Origin: an uncultured Candidatus Saccharibacteria bacterium
GTDB taxonomy: Bacteria > Patescibacteriota > Minisyncoccia > Phycocordibacterales > UBA918
Direction of reading: 5' to 3'
Length of the DNA: 64,000 nucleotides
Assembly (NCBI GenBank): GCA_964350735.1
Contig: CAYGKO010000001.1
Span: forward strand, 182,578-246,577
The position numbers were made by a program, and so were the translations under genes. The notes beneath the pieces were generated by a model that worked only from the letters and a program-made list of their open reading frames with translations, had not been told where the DNA came from and did not search any database. Of this stretch, positions 37,310-47,490 are shown piece after piece. Position 1 is the stretch's first letter, and each line of letters starts with the position of its first letter.

Positions 37310-37663
37310 ATGTCAGTTATCCAATGTTACGACTTTAAATTTTTGGGGACAGTAATAAATCTACTAAACCAGAAATCAACTGATCAGTCATCTGTGACAA
37401 CGACTTTACTAGTTACAGATGAGGAGATAGAAAGAAGTGCAAACATATGGAGCGGTTTGGATTACTGGGTCTACACGCTACAGTCACAGACTGGTGGTTC
37501 AGTAAAATTTCATTCTGAAAGGCGCTTCTTGCGTAAAGGAGATAAGATTAAAGTCACGTGTCAGCAAATACAGGTTGATCAAGGAGCGATCTACACAACA
37601 GTCATAACGCATATCAGCGGAGAAGGAGAAAACAATGACTTACCAACCTACGTTCACCACTAA
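37310..37663 (+). CDS. hypothetical protein
   Basis: AAGGAG SD; overlaps the next gene. Confidence 0.7.
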   Translation: MSVIQCYDFKFLGTVINLLNQKSTDQSSVTTTLLVTDEEIERSANIWSGLDYWVYTLQSQTGGSVKFHSERRFLRKGDKIKVTCQQIQVDQGAIYTTVITHISGEGENNDLPTYVHH

Positions 37664-38417
37664 GTTCAAATTTCGTCCCGATTTGGCATTCCATATCGGG
37701 GTGGAGCGAGAATTTTTTGTTGCGAACAAACAGGGTCTCATTGTCCCTGAAGCACACCGCGTTTTGGAGCGGATAACCAACCCACTTCCAGATGCAGGAT
37801 CGTTCAGTTACGAATTGTCTGCGTGTCAGATTGAATCACAATCATTGCCGACAGATTCGTTAGATGCAGTATGGTCACAGCAAGTAAAGCTTGAAGATGA
37901 GCTTGATAGTGCACTAGCTGCTTGTGACTTACAGCGACTATGTCAGGAAGTCGCGCCAGACGATATGTCACTAGCGGTTTATTCGGATCCAGCTGGTCGG
38001 TATCAGCGGATTGCTACCGAAATGCCTCGTGAAGTGTTGCAGGCGGCCTGCCAGGTGGCTGGCACGCATTTCCACATTGGCATGCCGAGTGCAGAAATTG
38101 CACTCCAGGTGTACAACCGAGTTATCGCCCATTGTGACGAGCTTTGTCACATTGGTGATAATAGTAACGGTAAGCGAATGCGATTGTATGGAATCGTGGC
38201 ACCTGGCTATCGACCGGTGGCGCATGAGTCGTGGAATGCATTTGAAGTGTATGCAAAACAGCACGGATTCTATGAGAACCCACGTGATTGCTGGCACATG
38301 ATTCGTCTCACACTCCACGGCACAATCGAGTTTCGTAACTTTGGTGTCACCGAGTCGGTAGACGATATCATTAAGTGGGCTTATCGTTGTCGTGAACTAT
38401 GTCTTCACTATTCCTAA
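37635..38417 (+). CDS. glutamate-cysteine ligase family (GCS2/YbdK-like) carboxylate-amine ligase
   Basis: IGVEREFF, ELSACQIE, RYQRI, GTHFHIG, GTIEFR. Confidence 0.85.
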   Translation: MTYQPTFTTKFKFRPDLAFHIGVEREFFVANKQGLIVPEAHRVLERITNPLPDAGSFSYELSACQIESQSLPTDSLDAVWSQQVKLEDELDSALAACDLQRLCQEVAPDDMSLAVYSDPAGRYQRIATEMPREVLQAACQVAGTHFHIGMPSAEIALQVYNRVIAHCDELCHIGDNSNGKRMRLYGIVAPGYRPVAHESWNAFEVYAKQHGFYENPRDCWHMIRLTLHGTIEFRNFGVTESVDDIIKWAYRCRELCLHYS

Positions 38418-38477
38418 ACAAAACAAACACGGGGATGTGTAAACTTTCCCGTGTTATCTATACTAAAAAATAACCCT

Positions 38478-39299
38478 ATGACTAACTCAATCACTACATT
38501 ACAAACAGATGCTCCTGGTCCAGCAGTTGCTATATTTGCCGGCGTACACGGTAATGAAAAAGCAGGGATTAGAACCATCGACTATTTACGACAAAATTTA
38601 AAACTCATAAACGGTACGGTGTATCTTGTCTATGCGAATCCTCGTGCGATAAAACAAGATGTGCGATTTACTGAAAAGAACTTGAATCGTTGTTTTCAAC
38701 TATCAGCCGAAGTGGGTGATACCTATGAAGAAAAGCGCGCAGTTGCGTTGATGAAATTGCTTGATTCTTGCGATGCTCTTTTAGATTTACACGCATACAA
38801 TGAACCTTATGGAGAGGCAACACCATTCGTGATTAGCGAGCCGAACGCAAAAGATATCGTTAAAACATTTGACGTATCCTATGTGATCAATGGTATTGAT
38901 GCTATTGAAAAAGGAGGTACTGACGGGTATATGTCGAACCAGAATAAGATTGGTATTTGTGTTGAGTTGGGCGCCATCGGAAAACCAGAGGAGTATGTGG
39001 ATTTAGGTATTCAAACCTCATATCAATTTCTCCAATATTTTGGAATGGTTGATAACACATACAAACCTTCAAATACACCACAAACTATCTTACAAGTCCA
39101 AAGTAAGTATGTTCGAAAATATGAAAACTTTTCCTTTGCAGCAAACTTTATGACGTTTGATGAAGTGTCAGCGGGACAGCTTATTTGTACTGATGGTGGA
39201 AAAGAAGTGCGGGCAGAAACGGACGCTTATTTGTTGTTTCCCGGGGGAAATAATCCGGTCGGAGTAGAAGCGTATGTAACCGCAGTAGGCGTAATATAA
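38478..39299 (+). CDS. succinylglutamate desuccinylase/aspartoacylase family protein
   Basis: GVHGNE, NLNRCF, LDLH, VELG. Confidence 0.88.
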   Translation: MTNSITTLQTDAPGPAVAIFAGVHGNEKAGIRTIDYLRQNLKLINGTVYLVYANPRAIKQDVRFTEKNLNRCFQLSAEVGDTYEEKRAVALMKLLDSCDALLDLHAYNEPYGEATPFVISEPNAKDIVKTFDVSYVINGIDAIEKGGTDGYMSNQNKIGICVELGAIGKPEEYVDLGIQTSYQFLQYFGMVDNTYKPSNTPQTILQVQSKYVRKYENFSFAANFMTFDEVSAGQLICTDGGKEVRAETDAYLLFPGGNNPVGVEAYVTAVGVI

Positions 39300-39332
39300 T
39301 GATTGATTTTAGGCATTTGCTACAATATTCCT

Positions 39333-39911
39333 ATGGCTAAACTTTACTTTTCTTACGCAGCTATGAATGCTGGCAAATCAACAGCATTACTGCAGGTGGC
39401 ATATAACTACGAAGAGCGGGGGATGCGCGCATACTTACTAACCTCGGCGGTGGATGATCGGGCTGGAACGGGAGTGATTTGGTCTCGGATTGGTGCAAAG
39501 CGTGAAGCAGAGGTTTTTACTGACGAGGATAATCTATTCGCGAAAATTTCTGAGGAACACAAGCTGTCACCGATTGCCTGTGTCTTGATTGATGAAGCCA
39601 ACTGGTTAACGAAAGAGCAGGTAGAGCAGTTAGCAGTAGTGGTAGATACTTTGCGGATTCCGGTGATGTGCTATGGCTTACGGACTGATTTCCAGGGGAA
39701 TACCTTTACTGGTTCGCAGCGGCTGCTGGCGATCGCTGACGAATTACGGGAGATCCGTACGATTTGTCACTGTGGCCGCAAAGCCACCATGATTCTGCGG
39801 TACAACGAAGCCGGCGAGGCCGTAGTTGATGGACCACAGCTTTTAATTGGAGATAATGATACTTACACGTCAGTGTGTCGAAATCATTGGAAGGAAGCGC
39901 TTCAAAAGTAA
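39333..39911 (+). CDS. tdk: thymidine kinase
   Basis: AMNAGKST, IDEA, YGLRTDF, CHCG, VCRNH. Confidence 0.96.
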   Translation: MAKLYFSYAAMNAGKSTALLQVAYNYEERGMRAYLLTSAVDDRAGTGVIWSRIGAKREAEVFTDEDNLFAKISEEHKLSPIACVLIDEANWLTKEQVEQLAVVVDTLRIPVMCYGLRTDFQGNTFTGSQRLLAIADELREIRTICHCGRKATMILRYNEAGEAVVDGPQLLIGDNDTYTSVCRNHWKEALQK

Positions 39912-40079
39912 AATAGTACACAAACAAAAAGAGCCCGGCTGGGGCTCTCTTTGTTTGTGTGATGGGAAATAGCGGGTGTATCCCTTTATATTTCCACATA
40001 GCGCTTACCAGATAAATCTGGTAGATACCTCCGCTACTCCTATATTTTAGCACGACAGTTCTGAAAGCCCCTGTGGAAA

Positions 40080-40115
40080 AGAAACAGCCGGCCCCGTAGG
40101 GGCCGGCTGTTTCTT
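40080..40115. terminator. intrinsic terminator
   Basis: GAAACAGCCGGCCCC-GTA-GGGGCCGGCTGTTTC. Confidence 0.75.
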
Positions 40116-40206
40116 TTAGAAGAAAATATTTATTACTTCACTATTGATCGAACGAGGAGGCGAAAATATTTATATTTTCAGTTCCGAGTGAGTGAAAATA
40201 GCAAAT

Positions 40207-40479
40207 TTACTTTACTGCGTCTTTTAGAGCCTTAGCAGCACGGAACTTTGGTACGCGCATAGCTGGTACTTCGATTGGTTCACCAGTTCGTGGGTTACGA
40301 GCAGTACGAGCGTTTCGCATCTTGGCTGAGAAGATACCGAGACCTGCGATTGATACTTCATTACCTTCCTTAAGTGTATCAACGATACAGCTCATCATTG
40401 TTTCCACTGCGCGTTCTGCGTCAGCTTTGGTTCCTCCGAGCACTTCGTGTACCTTGTTGATGATATCTGCCTTGTTCAT
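40207..40479 (-). CDS. hup: HU DNA-binding protein
   Basis: MNKADII, GLGIF, ARNPRTGE, PKFRAAKALKD. Confidence 0.96.
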   Translation of the reverse strand: MNKADIINKVHEVLGGTKADAERAVETMMSCIVDTLKEGNEVSIAGLGIFSAKMRNARTARNPRTGEPIEVPAMRVPKFRAAKALKDAVK

Positions 40480-40681
40480 ATTTTTCAGAAAATTATTCTA
40501 AGTGGCGTGTAATGTGTGTCGCTTGAGACACAGGCCGTAATAAATGGCTAGAAACATTATATAGCAAGGTATTTTACCTGCAACGACTGGTAATAGAATA
40601 AATGTGTGTTGTAGTTAGATTACCTTTTTTCTTGGTTTTAGCTTGTGGTATTATGCAAGCCTATTTTTAATTGATAATGAC

Positions 40682-41248
40682 ATGGTACGAGTTGGAGTAA
40701 TGGGGGCAAAAGGAAGTTTCACTGAACAGGCTGCCCTTAAATATATAGCTGATAATAATCTCACTGAGACTGAGATGGTGTTATTAGTTGAGATTAATGC
40801 TGTGCTTGAGGCGGTTACGAGTGATGCGATAGATATAGCGGTGTTTCCAATCCAGAACTCAGTGAGTGGGATCGTAGAGTCTTCGATGCATGGTATGTCA
40901 CAACACATTTTTACGATTACAGATTTTTTTGAGATGGAGATCGACCAGACGCTGTTAGTGCTTCCGGGCACAACTGCTGCCCAAGTCACGGAGATCACTT
41001 CGCAGCGCCCCGCTTTGGGACAATGTACTTCGTACCTGGAGCGAGTTTGGAAAGATACTCCAATTACTGAGTATGTAGATACCGCCAAGTCAGCCGCTGA
41101 TTTGGCCAACGGAACGCTGTCAGCTGGAACAGCAGTGATTGCTTCACCACTTTGTGCTGAGATCTATGGCCTAGAAATCCTAGAGCCATCGATTCAAGAT
41201 TTGAAGCACAATATGACGACGTTTGTAGCGGCAGTGAAAGGGAAGTAG
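40682..41248 (+). CDS. prephenate dehydratase domain protein (no ACT domain)
   Basis: GAKGSFTE, PIQNSVSG, ALGQC, IQD..NMTTF (canonical NxTRF is altered). Confidence 0.8.
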   Translation: MVRVGVMGAKGSFTEQAALKYIADNNLTETEMVLLVEINAVLEAVTSDAIDIAVFPIQNSVSGIVESSMHGMSQHIFTITDFFEMEIDQTLLVLPGTTAAQVTEITSQRPALGQCTSYLERVWKDTPITEYVDTAKSAADLANGTLSAGTAVIASPLCAEIYGLEILEPSIQDLKHNMTTFVAAVKGK

Positions 41249-41295
41249 TACATAACAAAAGGCCGGCGCCAAGGGCGCCGGCCTTTTGTTATGTA
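41249..41295. terminator. bidirectional terminator
   Basis: 22-bp perfect stem between convergent genes. Confidence 0.8.
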
Positions 41296-41304
41296 GAGCA
41301 CGGC

Positions 41305-42834
41305 TTACCTTGCGTAGCTTACTACTCGGGTTTCTCTAATGACGTGCACTTTAATTTCACCTGGATAGCGAAGTTGGGATTCGATGTTCATCGCGATAGT
41401 ACGCGCCAGGTCGTGGGTTTGGATTTCGCTGAGGGATTCAGGGTTTACCAACACGCGGATCTCGCGACCGGCGGCGATAGCAAAGGCTTTCTCTACTCCA
41501 AGGAGCCCAGTCGCAATCGCTTCTAGTTCGGTTAGTCGCTTGATGTAGTTCTCCATTGAATCGCGTCGGGCTCCCGGTCGAGAGCCTGAGATAGAGTCGG
41601 CTACCTGGACGATAATTGATTCAGGGGTTTCGTATGGATACTCTTCGTGATGGGCGCGCATAGCGAGGATTACTTTCTGATCCACGCCATACTTCTCTAG
41701 GATCCGAATACCAATCTCGACGTGCGTCCCTTGGACTTCGTGACTGACAGTCTTACCAATGTCATGCAAGAGGGCCCCAGCCCGAGCAATTGCAACGTTA
41801 GCCCCCACTTCTTCAGCAATGATAGCGGCAATGTGAGCCATTTCGACTGAGTGCCAAAGCACGTTTTGTCCATAACTGGTGCGGAAGTGCAGACGACCGA
41901 TGATGGAGATAAGCTCTGGGTGTAAGTTGGGTACGCCGGCTTCGTAGGTGGCTTTTTCACCCATCTTTTTAACGATCGTCGCTACTTCTTTGCGAGCAGT
42001 TTCATATGCCTCCTCGATTTTAGCTGGTTGGATACGACCGTCTTTCACCAAGATCTCTAAGGCTACTCGAGCAATCTCACGGCGGATTGGGTCAAATGAA
42101 GAGAGGACGATGTAGCCCGGAGTTTCATCAACCAGTACATCAACCCCAGTGATTTGTTCGAACGCTCGAACGTTACGACCTTCACGGCCGATTACCTTAC
42201 CCTTAATGTCTTCGCTCGGTATTTCGACTGAAGTAGTCATGATATTAGTCGGCATCTGGTTGCCAACTCGGTGGATGGCCGCTAGTAGGATATTACGCGC
42301 TTTTTCTTCAACGTGTTCTTCCCCTAATCGGTCGATTTTTTGGATGTGCGCTACAATATCTTCTTCTCGCTCCTTTTCCATTTTAGTGACCACTTGGGTA
42401 AAAGCGTCGTCTTTTGAAACACCAGCGACTTCTTCGAGTTTAGCGTCGAGTTCACCAGCGCGGCCATCAAGCTGGGCTTTTAAGCCCTTAACTTGATCGA
42501 TCTTGTTGCGGACGTTTTCAGTTTGTGAGTCAAGGTCGATTTGGCGGGTATCAAGAAGCTCCTCCTTTTTTTCCAGGCGGTCTTCTTTGTGTTTTAACTT
42601 CGCTTCGCGCTCGCGCAGTTCTGCTTTGGTCTCTTTTTCTAACGTATCAGCTTTGGCTTCCGCTTTGTCGATAATGTGCCGAGCTTTTTCTTCCGCCTTC
42701 AATGTCTGTTCTTTCAGTTCTAATTCCAGCGAAGATCCTTTTGATAGAGCGTGGAGGTACCGTAAGTAGTATCCAGCGCCGATTCCCAAAGCGAGTGCTG
42801 CCCCAACGGCGCCCAAAAACATGAGTGGTGGCAT
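41305..42834 (-). CDS. rny: ribonuclease Y
   Basis: N-terminal TM, coiled coil, KH (KGKVIGREGRN), HD (LLHDIGK). Confidence 0.96.
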   Translation of the reverse strand: MPPLMFLGAVGAALALGIGAGYYLRYLHALSKGSSLELELKEQTLKAEEKARHIIDKAEAKADTLEKETKAELREREAKLKHKEDRLEKKEELLDTRQIDLDSQTENVRNKIDQVKGLKAQLDGRAGELDAKLEEVAGVSKDDAFTQVVTKMEKEREEDIVAHIQKIDRLGEEHVEEKARNILLAAIHRVGNQMPTNIMTTSVEIPSEDIKGKVIGREGRNVRAFEQITGVDVLVDETPGYIVLSSFDPIRREIARVALEILVKDGRIQPAKIEEAYETARKEVATIVKKMGEKATYEAGVPNLHPELISIIGRLHFRTSYGQNVLWHSVEMAHIAAIIAEEVGANVAIARAGALLHDIGKTVSHEVQGTHVEIGIRILEKYGVDQKVILAMRAHHEEYPYETPESIIVQVADSISGSRPGARRDSMENYIKRLTELEAIATGLLGVEKAFAIAAGREIRVLVNPESLSEIQTHDLARTIAMNIESQLRYPGEIKVHVIRETRVVSYAR

Positions 42835-42929
42835 AGTCGCATCGTTATATTTCTAATTATCCAGTCGTTACAGTCGTACGGATTTATTCCAACATAGCAA
42901 ATATGCAGCTGGTTGTCGATCAGTACCAC

Positions 42930-42977
42930 AAACCAACAAAAAACCTTTCGATATATCGAAAGGTTATTTGTTGGTTT
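42930..42977. repeat. long palindrome with CGATATATCG core
   Basis: AAACCAACAAAAAACCTTTCGATATATCGAAAGGTTATTTGTTGGTTT. Confidence 0.75.
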
Positions 42978-42992
42978 CCGGCAGCTTTATCT

Positions 42993-43595
42993 CTATTTGT
43001 GCACTTCGTCGACTAAGCCATATTTCTTGGCATCAATGGCGTCCATAAAGAAGTCGCGGTCGGTGTCTTTCTCAATCTGACTTAGCGGCTTCCCAGAGGC
43101 TTTCGCCAGCATTTTATTAAGCCGTTCACGCGTCTTGATGATGTGTCGCGCAGTGATCTCAATATCACTGGCTTGCCCTTGCGCGCCACCCCACGGTTGA
43201 TGGATCATTACTTCAGCATTCTGGAGCGCATAACGCTTACCTTTGGTTCCTTGGGAAAGAATAATCGATCCCATTGAGGCGGCCATTCCAACCACTACGG
43301 TCGAGATGTCTGGCTTGATGTGGTGCATGGTGTCGACGATCCCCAGACCAGCTGACACGCTTCCCCCTGGTGAGTTGATGTAGAGCGAGATGTCTTTCTT
43401 GGGGTCTTCTGCCTCAAGGAAAAGCAGCTGCGCTACGACCAAGTTCGCCATATGATCTTCAATCGGTCCGGTCACGAAGATAATCCGCTCTTTCAAGAGA
43501 CGAGAATAAATATCGAAGGCTCGTTCACCGCCTTGGGTTTTCTCAATTACCATCGGGACTAAAAAGTCCTGGATTGCTTCTGTCTTGTGTTTCAT
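42993..43595 (-). CDS. clpP: ATP-dependent Clp protease proteolytic subunit
   Basis: [31 protein letters not shown]. Confidence 0.97.
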   Translation of the reverse strand: MKHKTEAIQDFLVPMVIEKTQGGERAFDIYSRLLKERIIFVTGPIEDHMANLVVAQLLFLEAEDPKKDISLYINSPGGSVSAGLGIVDTMHHIKPDISTVVVGMAASMGSIILSQGTKGKRYALQNAEVMIHQPWGGAQGQASDIEITARHIIKTRERLNKMLAKASGKPLSQIEKDTDRDFFMDAIDAKKYGLVDEVHK

Positions 43596-43715
43596 ACTCA
43601 AATTCCAAATTCCTAATACTACCGACGTATCGTAGCAGACTTTTTATGAAGACAAAAGAAAAAGCGACGGTCCCTCAAGGTGAGGGGCCGCCGCGTCGCA
43701 GAGGTCAGGCTGAAC

Positions 43716-43817
43716 TTACCAGCCTTCGGGGTAGACAGTGATCGGGAAGAAAGGATATTCGCCGTTTTGCCAATCTTCAGGGTGTGGATCAGTAATGCTT
43801 GAAAAAATGTCGCCCAT
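43716..43817 (-). CDS. small protein (33 aa)
   Basis: MGDIFSSITDPHPEDWQNGEYPFFPITVYPEGW with TTGACA-17-TATGCT promoter, GGAG SD and terminator near 43655-43694. Confidence 0.6.
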   Translation of the reverse strand: MGDIFSSITDPHPEDWQNGEYPFFPITVYPEGW

Positions 43818-44015
43818 AATCTTGTCTCCGGTTAGTTGCGAGTAATTTCAGCATATATATATTCATTTAATGTGTCAATAAAAAACCAGACCGAAACGCT
43901 TTGTGTTCCGGTCTGGTTTTCTCCAGAGTAAGTAAATCTGATGGCGATGTTAGTGACTAAGACTTGGGCCAGCGCCCCGGAGCGGTCACTAAGATTGTCA
44001 TCAATTTACGAACGG

Positions 44016-45155
44016 TTATTTCTGCTCCTCGAGCATCTTCATCACGGCTTCGTTGGTCATTACTGAGGCCACATAGACGCGGACACGCATTTCGTCGGCG
44101 TCTTTGTACTGCGTGAGGAGTTCTTTGACTTGGGCATCAAGGGCGTCTTTTTCTGGTTCGATGTTCTCGAGCTTGGCGATTTCATTCAAGACCAGCTGGA
44201 GCTGTGCGCGCTTTTCGGCGGCTGGGGCCCAGTCTTTAATGAGTTCGTCTTGGGTTTTCTTGATGTGCGCGAGATACTCTTCCATCTTCATGTTGGCCCG
44301 CTTGAGGTCTTCTTCCATTTGACTGAACATTTGTCCAATCTCTGAGTCGATCAGAATCTGCGGTAGTTCCATTTCAGTGCCAGCGATGATAGCGTCGGTT
44401 ACTTTGGCGCGGTGAGCGGCAGTGGCTTCTTGAGCTTTTTGGATGCCGAGGTGTTCACGGATCTTAGCCTTGAAGTCGTCGACGGTTTCAAATTGTCCCG
44501 GCTGTCCGAGCGTCTTCACGACTTCGTCGGTTAGTTCGGGTACTTTGATGTTTTCAGGATCGAAAGCTTCTTCTTCTGCTTTCTCGGCTTCTGACTCAGG
44601 AGTTGGTAATTCAGTCGCGTCGCTAGCTTCGTCTGACTTCTCGGCTTGCTTAGCAGCGTTAGCTTGCATTCGTTCGTAGGCAACTTTTTGCTTAAGGATC
44701 TCTTCGATTTGCTTCGCAACGTCTTCGTCAGTCACTTCAGTTGAATCCTTTGTTTCGTTGGTAGTTTTAGCCAGGACCTTGTAGTCAGGCAGCTTGATTT
44801 CAGGTACGACCGCTACGGTAGCAGTGAAACCTAGTGGGTTGTCAGGAGCGATTTTAGTGATTTGGATTTGCGGATGGCCAATCGCATCGATCTCATGATG
44901 CTTGAGCGCTTCAGGGTACACTTTTGCTAGAGCTCGCTCTGACATCTCAGTGAGAATAGCCATCTCACCGACTTTTTCTACGATCATTGCTTCAGGCACT
45001 TTGCCTTCACGGAAACCGTCGATTTTAACGTTCTTCCCCAAAGCCTTAACAGCACTGCCTCGATGGGCAGCCAGTACTTCAAATGGTACTTCACCTGTGA
45101 TTTTCACCTGTGATTTCTCTTCTGGTTCGATAGTAAAGTCTTTTACAAAATCCAT
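44016..45155 (-). CDS. tig: trigger factor
   Basis: GFREGKVP ribosome-binding motif, C-terminal SurA-like domain, upstream of clpP. Confidence 0.93.
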   Translation of the reverse strand: MDFVKDFTIEPEEKSQVKITGEVPFEVLAAHRGSAVKALGKNVKIDGFREGKVPEAMIVEKVGEMAILTEMSERALAKVYPEALKHHEIDAIGHPQIQITKIAPDNPLGFTATVAVVPEIKLPDYKVLAKTTNETKDSTEVTDEDVAKQIEEILKQKVAYERMQANAAKQAEKSDEASDATELPTPESEAEKAEEEAFDPENIKVPELTDEVVKTLGQPGQFETVDDFKAKIREHLGIQKAQEATAAHRAKVTDAIIAGTEMELPQILIDSEIGQMFSQMEEDLKRANMKMEEYLAHIKKTQDELIKDWAPAAEKRAQLQLVLNEIAKLENIEPEKDALDAQVKELLTQYKDADEMRVRVYVASVMTNEAVMKMLEEQK

Positions 45156-45275
45156 AATTTTCAAGTCAAAATAATACCGGGGTAGTGTACCGATATGAGC
45201 TTAAATTGCAAGAACGGGAGTAACAAAAAGACCGACACATATTCGTGTCGGTCTTTTTGCTAGATTGGTGGGTAT

Positions 45276-45698
45276 TTAGTTTGCTTCTACGTCAGTCCCA
45301 AATTCTGCATCTAACTCAGCCTCGATAGCTTGTAGTTCAGCATCAAGAGTATCAAGATCAGTGGCCTCGAGATCGGCCTCAATCGCGGCTAGTTCATCCG
45401 AAGAGCTGACAGTCTGAAGGGTTTCAACGTCAGCTTCGGCGTTGGTTGATTCAGGCTCGTTGTTTTCTGCAGCGGTAGGTCGTTCTATTGCTGCCGGTTC
45501 GGTATTATTTTGAAGTGTCGTCCCCCAAAGATATAGTCCGCCTAAGATAAGTACGAGAATGACAATAAGTACTCCTAAGATGATACCCATTGATGATTTC
45601 TCCTCAGCGACAACTTCGGTGCCGGCTGGCATTTTCATTTCGCTTTCAGGAATTGAATCAATATCGACTGATTCTGGATTGTGTTGTTCTTCGTTCAT
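45276..45698 (-). CDS. acidic single-TM hypothetical protein
   Basis: TM GIILGVLIVILVLILGGLYLWG, acidic tail. Confidence 0.8.
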   Translation of the reverse strand: MNEEQHNPESVDIDSIPESEMKMPAGTEVVAEEKSSMGIILGVLIVILVLILGGLYLWGTTLQNNTEPAAIERPTAAENNEPESTNAEADVETLQTVSSSDELAAIEADLEATDLDTLDAELQAIEAELDAEFGTDVEAN

Positions 45699-45724
45699 AA
45701 GATGATTGTAGATTAGAGGATTGA

Positions 45725-46345
45725 TTAGTCGGTGACTGGTGGAAGCGCGGTAGTTGCTTCTTTAAGTCCGGCAACAGCAGCGCGAATATGAACTCGGGCG
45801 TCCATTAGGTGCGTTTTCACCATTTGGAATTTTGATTTTCCTGCTTGCCAAGCATCACGAGGTGATTCGGAACTGACAATGTTTGCGACTACAGTGTCAA
45901 TATCTACAATAACTGCTTCTGCACTAGCAATATCAGCTCGTGCGGCTTCTAGCTCACTCGAAGCGGCTGTAGTATCAGCTCCTTTTTCAGACATTTTCTC
46001 TACTCGTGATTCGATCCGATCAATTATTTGATTCATTCGAGCAATCACAGCGTCAGCTCGATTTGAGATATTTGCAGCTAAGTTGGTTACACGAGTAGAC
46101 ATTTGCTCACTGATGACAGCACGCCGTTCTTCTTTTTCAATTACGCGCTCAGCTTGCATTTCAACACGTTCCGCCTGCGCTTGGACCCGCTCAGCTTGTA
46201 TCTCAGCCTGCGCAGCTTCACGCTCAACTTGAGCTTCCGCTGGTTCCATCTCAGTTTCTTGAGCATTTGCAATTGTAGCTACACTACAAACTGCTAAAAG
46301 AATGGCTAAACTTATAAACGAAAATGATACTTTTAAACTTTTCAT
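45725..46345 (-). CDS. secreted coiled-coil hypothetical protein
   Basis: Signal peptide ending ANA, helical repeats. Confidence 0.8.
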   Translation of the reverse strand: MKSLKVSFSFISLAILLAVCSVATIANAQETEMEPAEAQVEREAAQAEIQAERVQAQAERVEMQAERVIEKEERRAVISEQMSTRVTNLAANISNRADAVIARMNQIIDRIESRVEKMSEKGADTTAASSELEAARADIASAEAVIVDIDTVVANIVSSESPRDAWQAGKSKFQMVKTHLMDARVHIRAAVAGLKEATTALPPVTD

Positions 46346-46459
46346 ATGCATATACTAATTAATACCTCCACCAGATGTGGTACATCTGTCGTATCTATAA
46401 GTATAGCGGGGCGACACCCGAGATGCCGCCCCGCTTATACACAACTGAGATCGTGTTCT

Positions 46460-47380
46460 TTACACTTTCAGTACCGGGATGATCTGTTTTTTGCGAGATA
46501 CGATGCCTGGTAATACTTCAGTATCAGATTCTACCGTCACCCCAAAGGATTTTTCGATCACCGCTTTTGTGAGGTCGTTGTAGGTCAGTACAGTCGCTTC
46601 TTCTTGTAAGATATCAACAATGAAGAAGAGAACGTCATCCACGTCGTTTTCTTCTGCTACACACTCAGAGATAGCAGTCACCAGTCCTTCTTTTCGGGCC
46701 AGAATAGTCTCTGGAGTAGTAGTCTCAATCACTGAAATACGGAAGTTTTTGTCACCGACTTCGTATTTCTTGCTATCAAGCTTGATTAGTCCAGCGTCAG
46801 TGAAGCTCGAGACGTCTGACTTGGCTGCAAACATAGCGGTGGCGTATTCTGCAATAGCAACGTCGATTTGTTTTGCCAGTCGCTCCGCCACGTCTTTATC
46901 ATGAGGGGTGGTGGTTGGGCTCCGGAATTCTAAGGTGTCAGAGATGATACATGACAACATCAGTCCAGCGATATGACGAGGGAGTTCAATATTCTCCCCG
47001 TCCATGAGTTCGTATAGAATGGTAGCCGTGCAGGCCCAGGGTCGAATGGTGATGTCAGCTGGAGCACTGGTTTCTAAGCCCCCTACTAATTTATGGTGGT
47101 CGATGATTTGAAGGATATTGGCTTGGTTGATGTTTTCAGGGAGTTCTTGGGGGTTATTGGTGTCAACAATCGCCACATCATCACCCGCAGCGAGCGATTC
47201 CAAAAGTGCTGGCGTTGCCACTTCAAACTGATTGAGCACAAAGCTGGTTTCGGTATTAAGTTCACCCAGTACATACGGTACTGCCTCATCACTACCGTGC
47301 TCATTTAAATACCAGGCCCACACAATGGCAGAACAAACGGTATCAGTATCAGGAGCCAAATGGCCAAAAACTTTTGTCAT
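46460..47380 (-). CDS. ppaC: manganese-dependent inorganic pyrophosphatase
   Basis: GHLAPDTD, IIDHH, ISDT, SRKKQIIP. Confidence 0.95.
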   Translation of the reverse strand: MTKVFGHLAPDTDTVCSAIVWAWYLNEHGSDEAVPYVLGELNTETSFVLNQFEVATPALLESLAAGDDVAIVDTNNPQELPENINQANILQIIDHHKLVGGLETSAPADITIRPWACTATILYELMDGENIELPRHIAGLMLSCIISDTLEFRSPTTTPHDKDVAERLAKQIDVAIAEYATAMFAAKSDVSSFTDAGLIKLDSKKYEVGDKNFRISVIETTTPETILARKEGLVTAISECVAEENDVDDVLFFIVDILQEEATVLTYNDLTKAVIEKSFGVTVESDTEVLPGIVSRKKQIIPVLKV

Positions 47381-47490
47381 ATATCAATTGAAATTACACA
47401 GTAAATAATCGCCCATATCCTAGCGTATTTAACGAAAACATAAAAGGCAGTAGGTTAAGCCTGCTGCCTTTTATGTTTTGGCTCAGTAAA

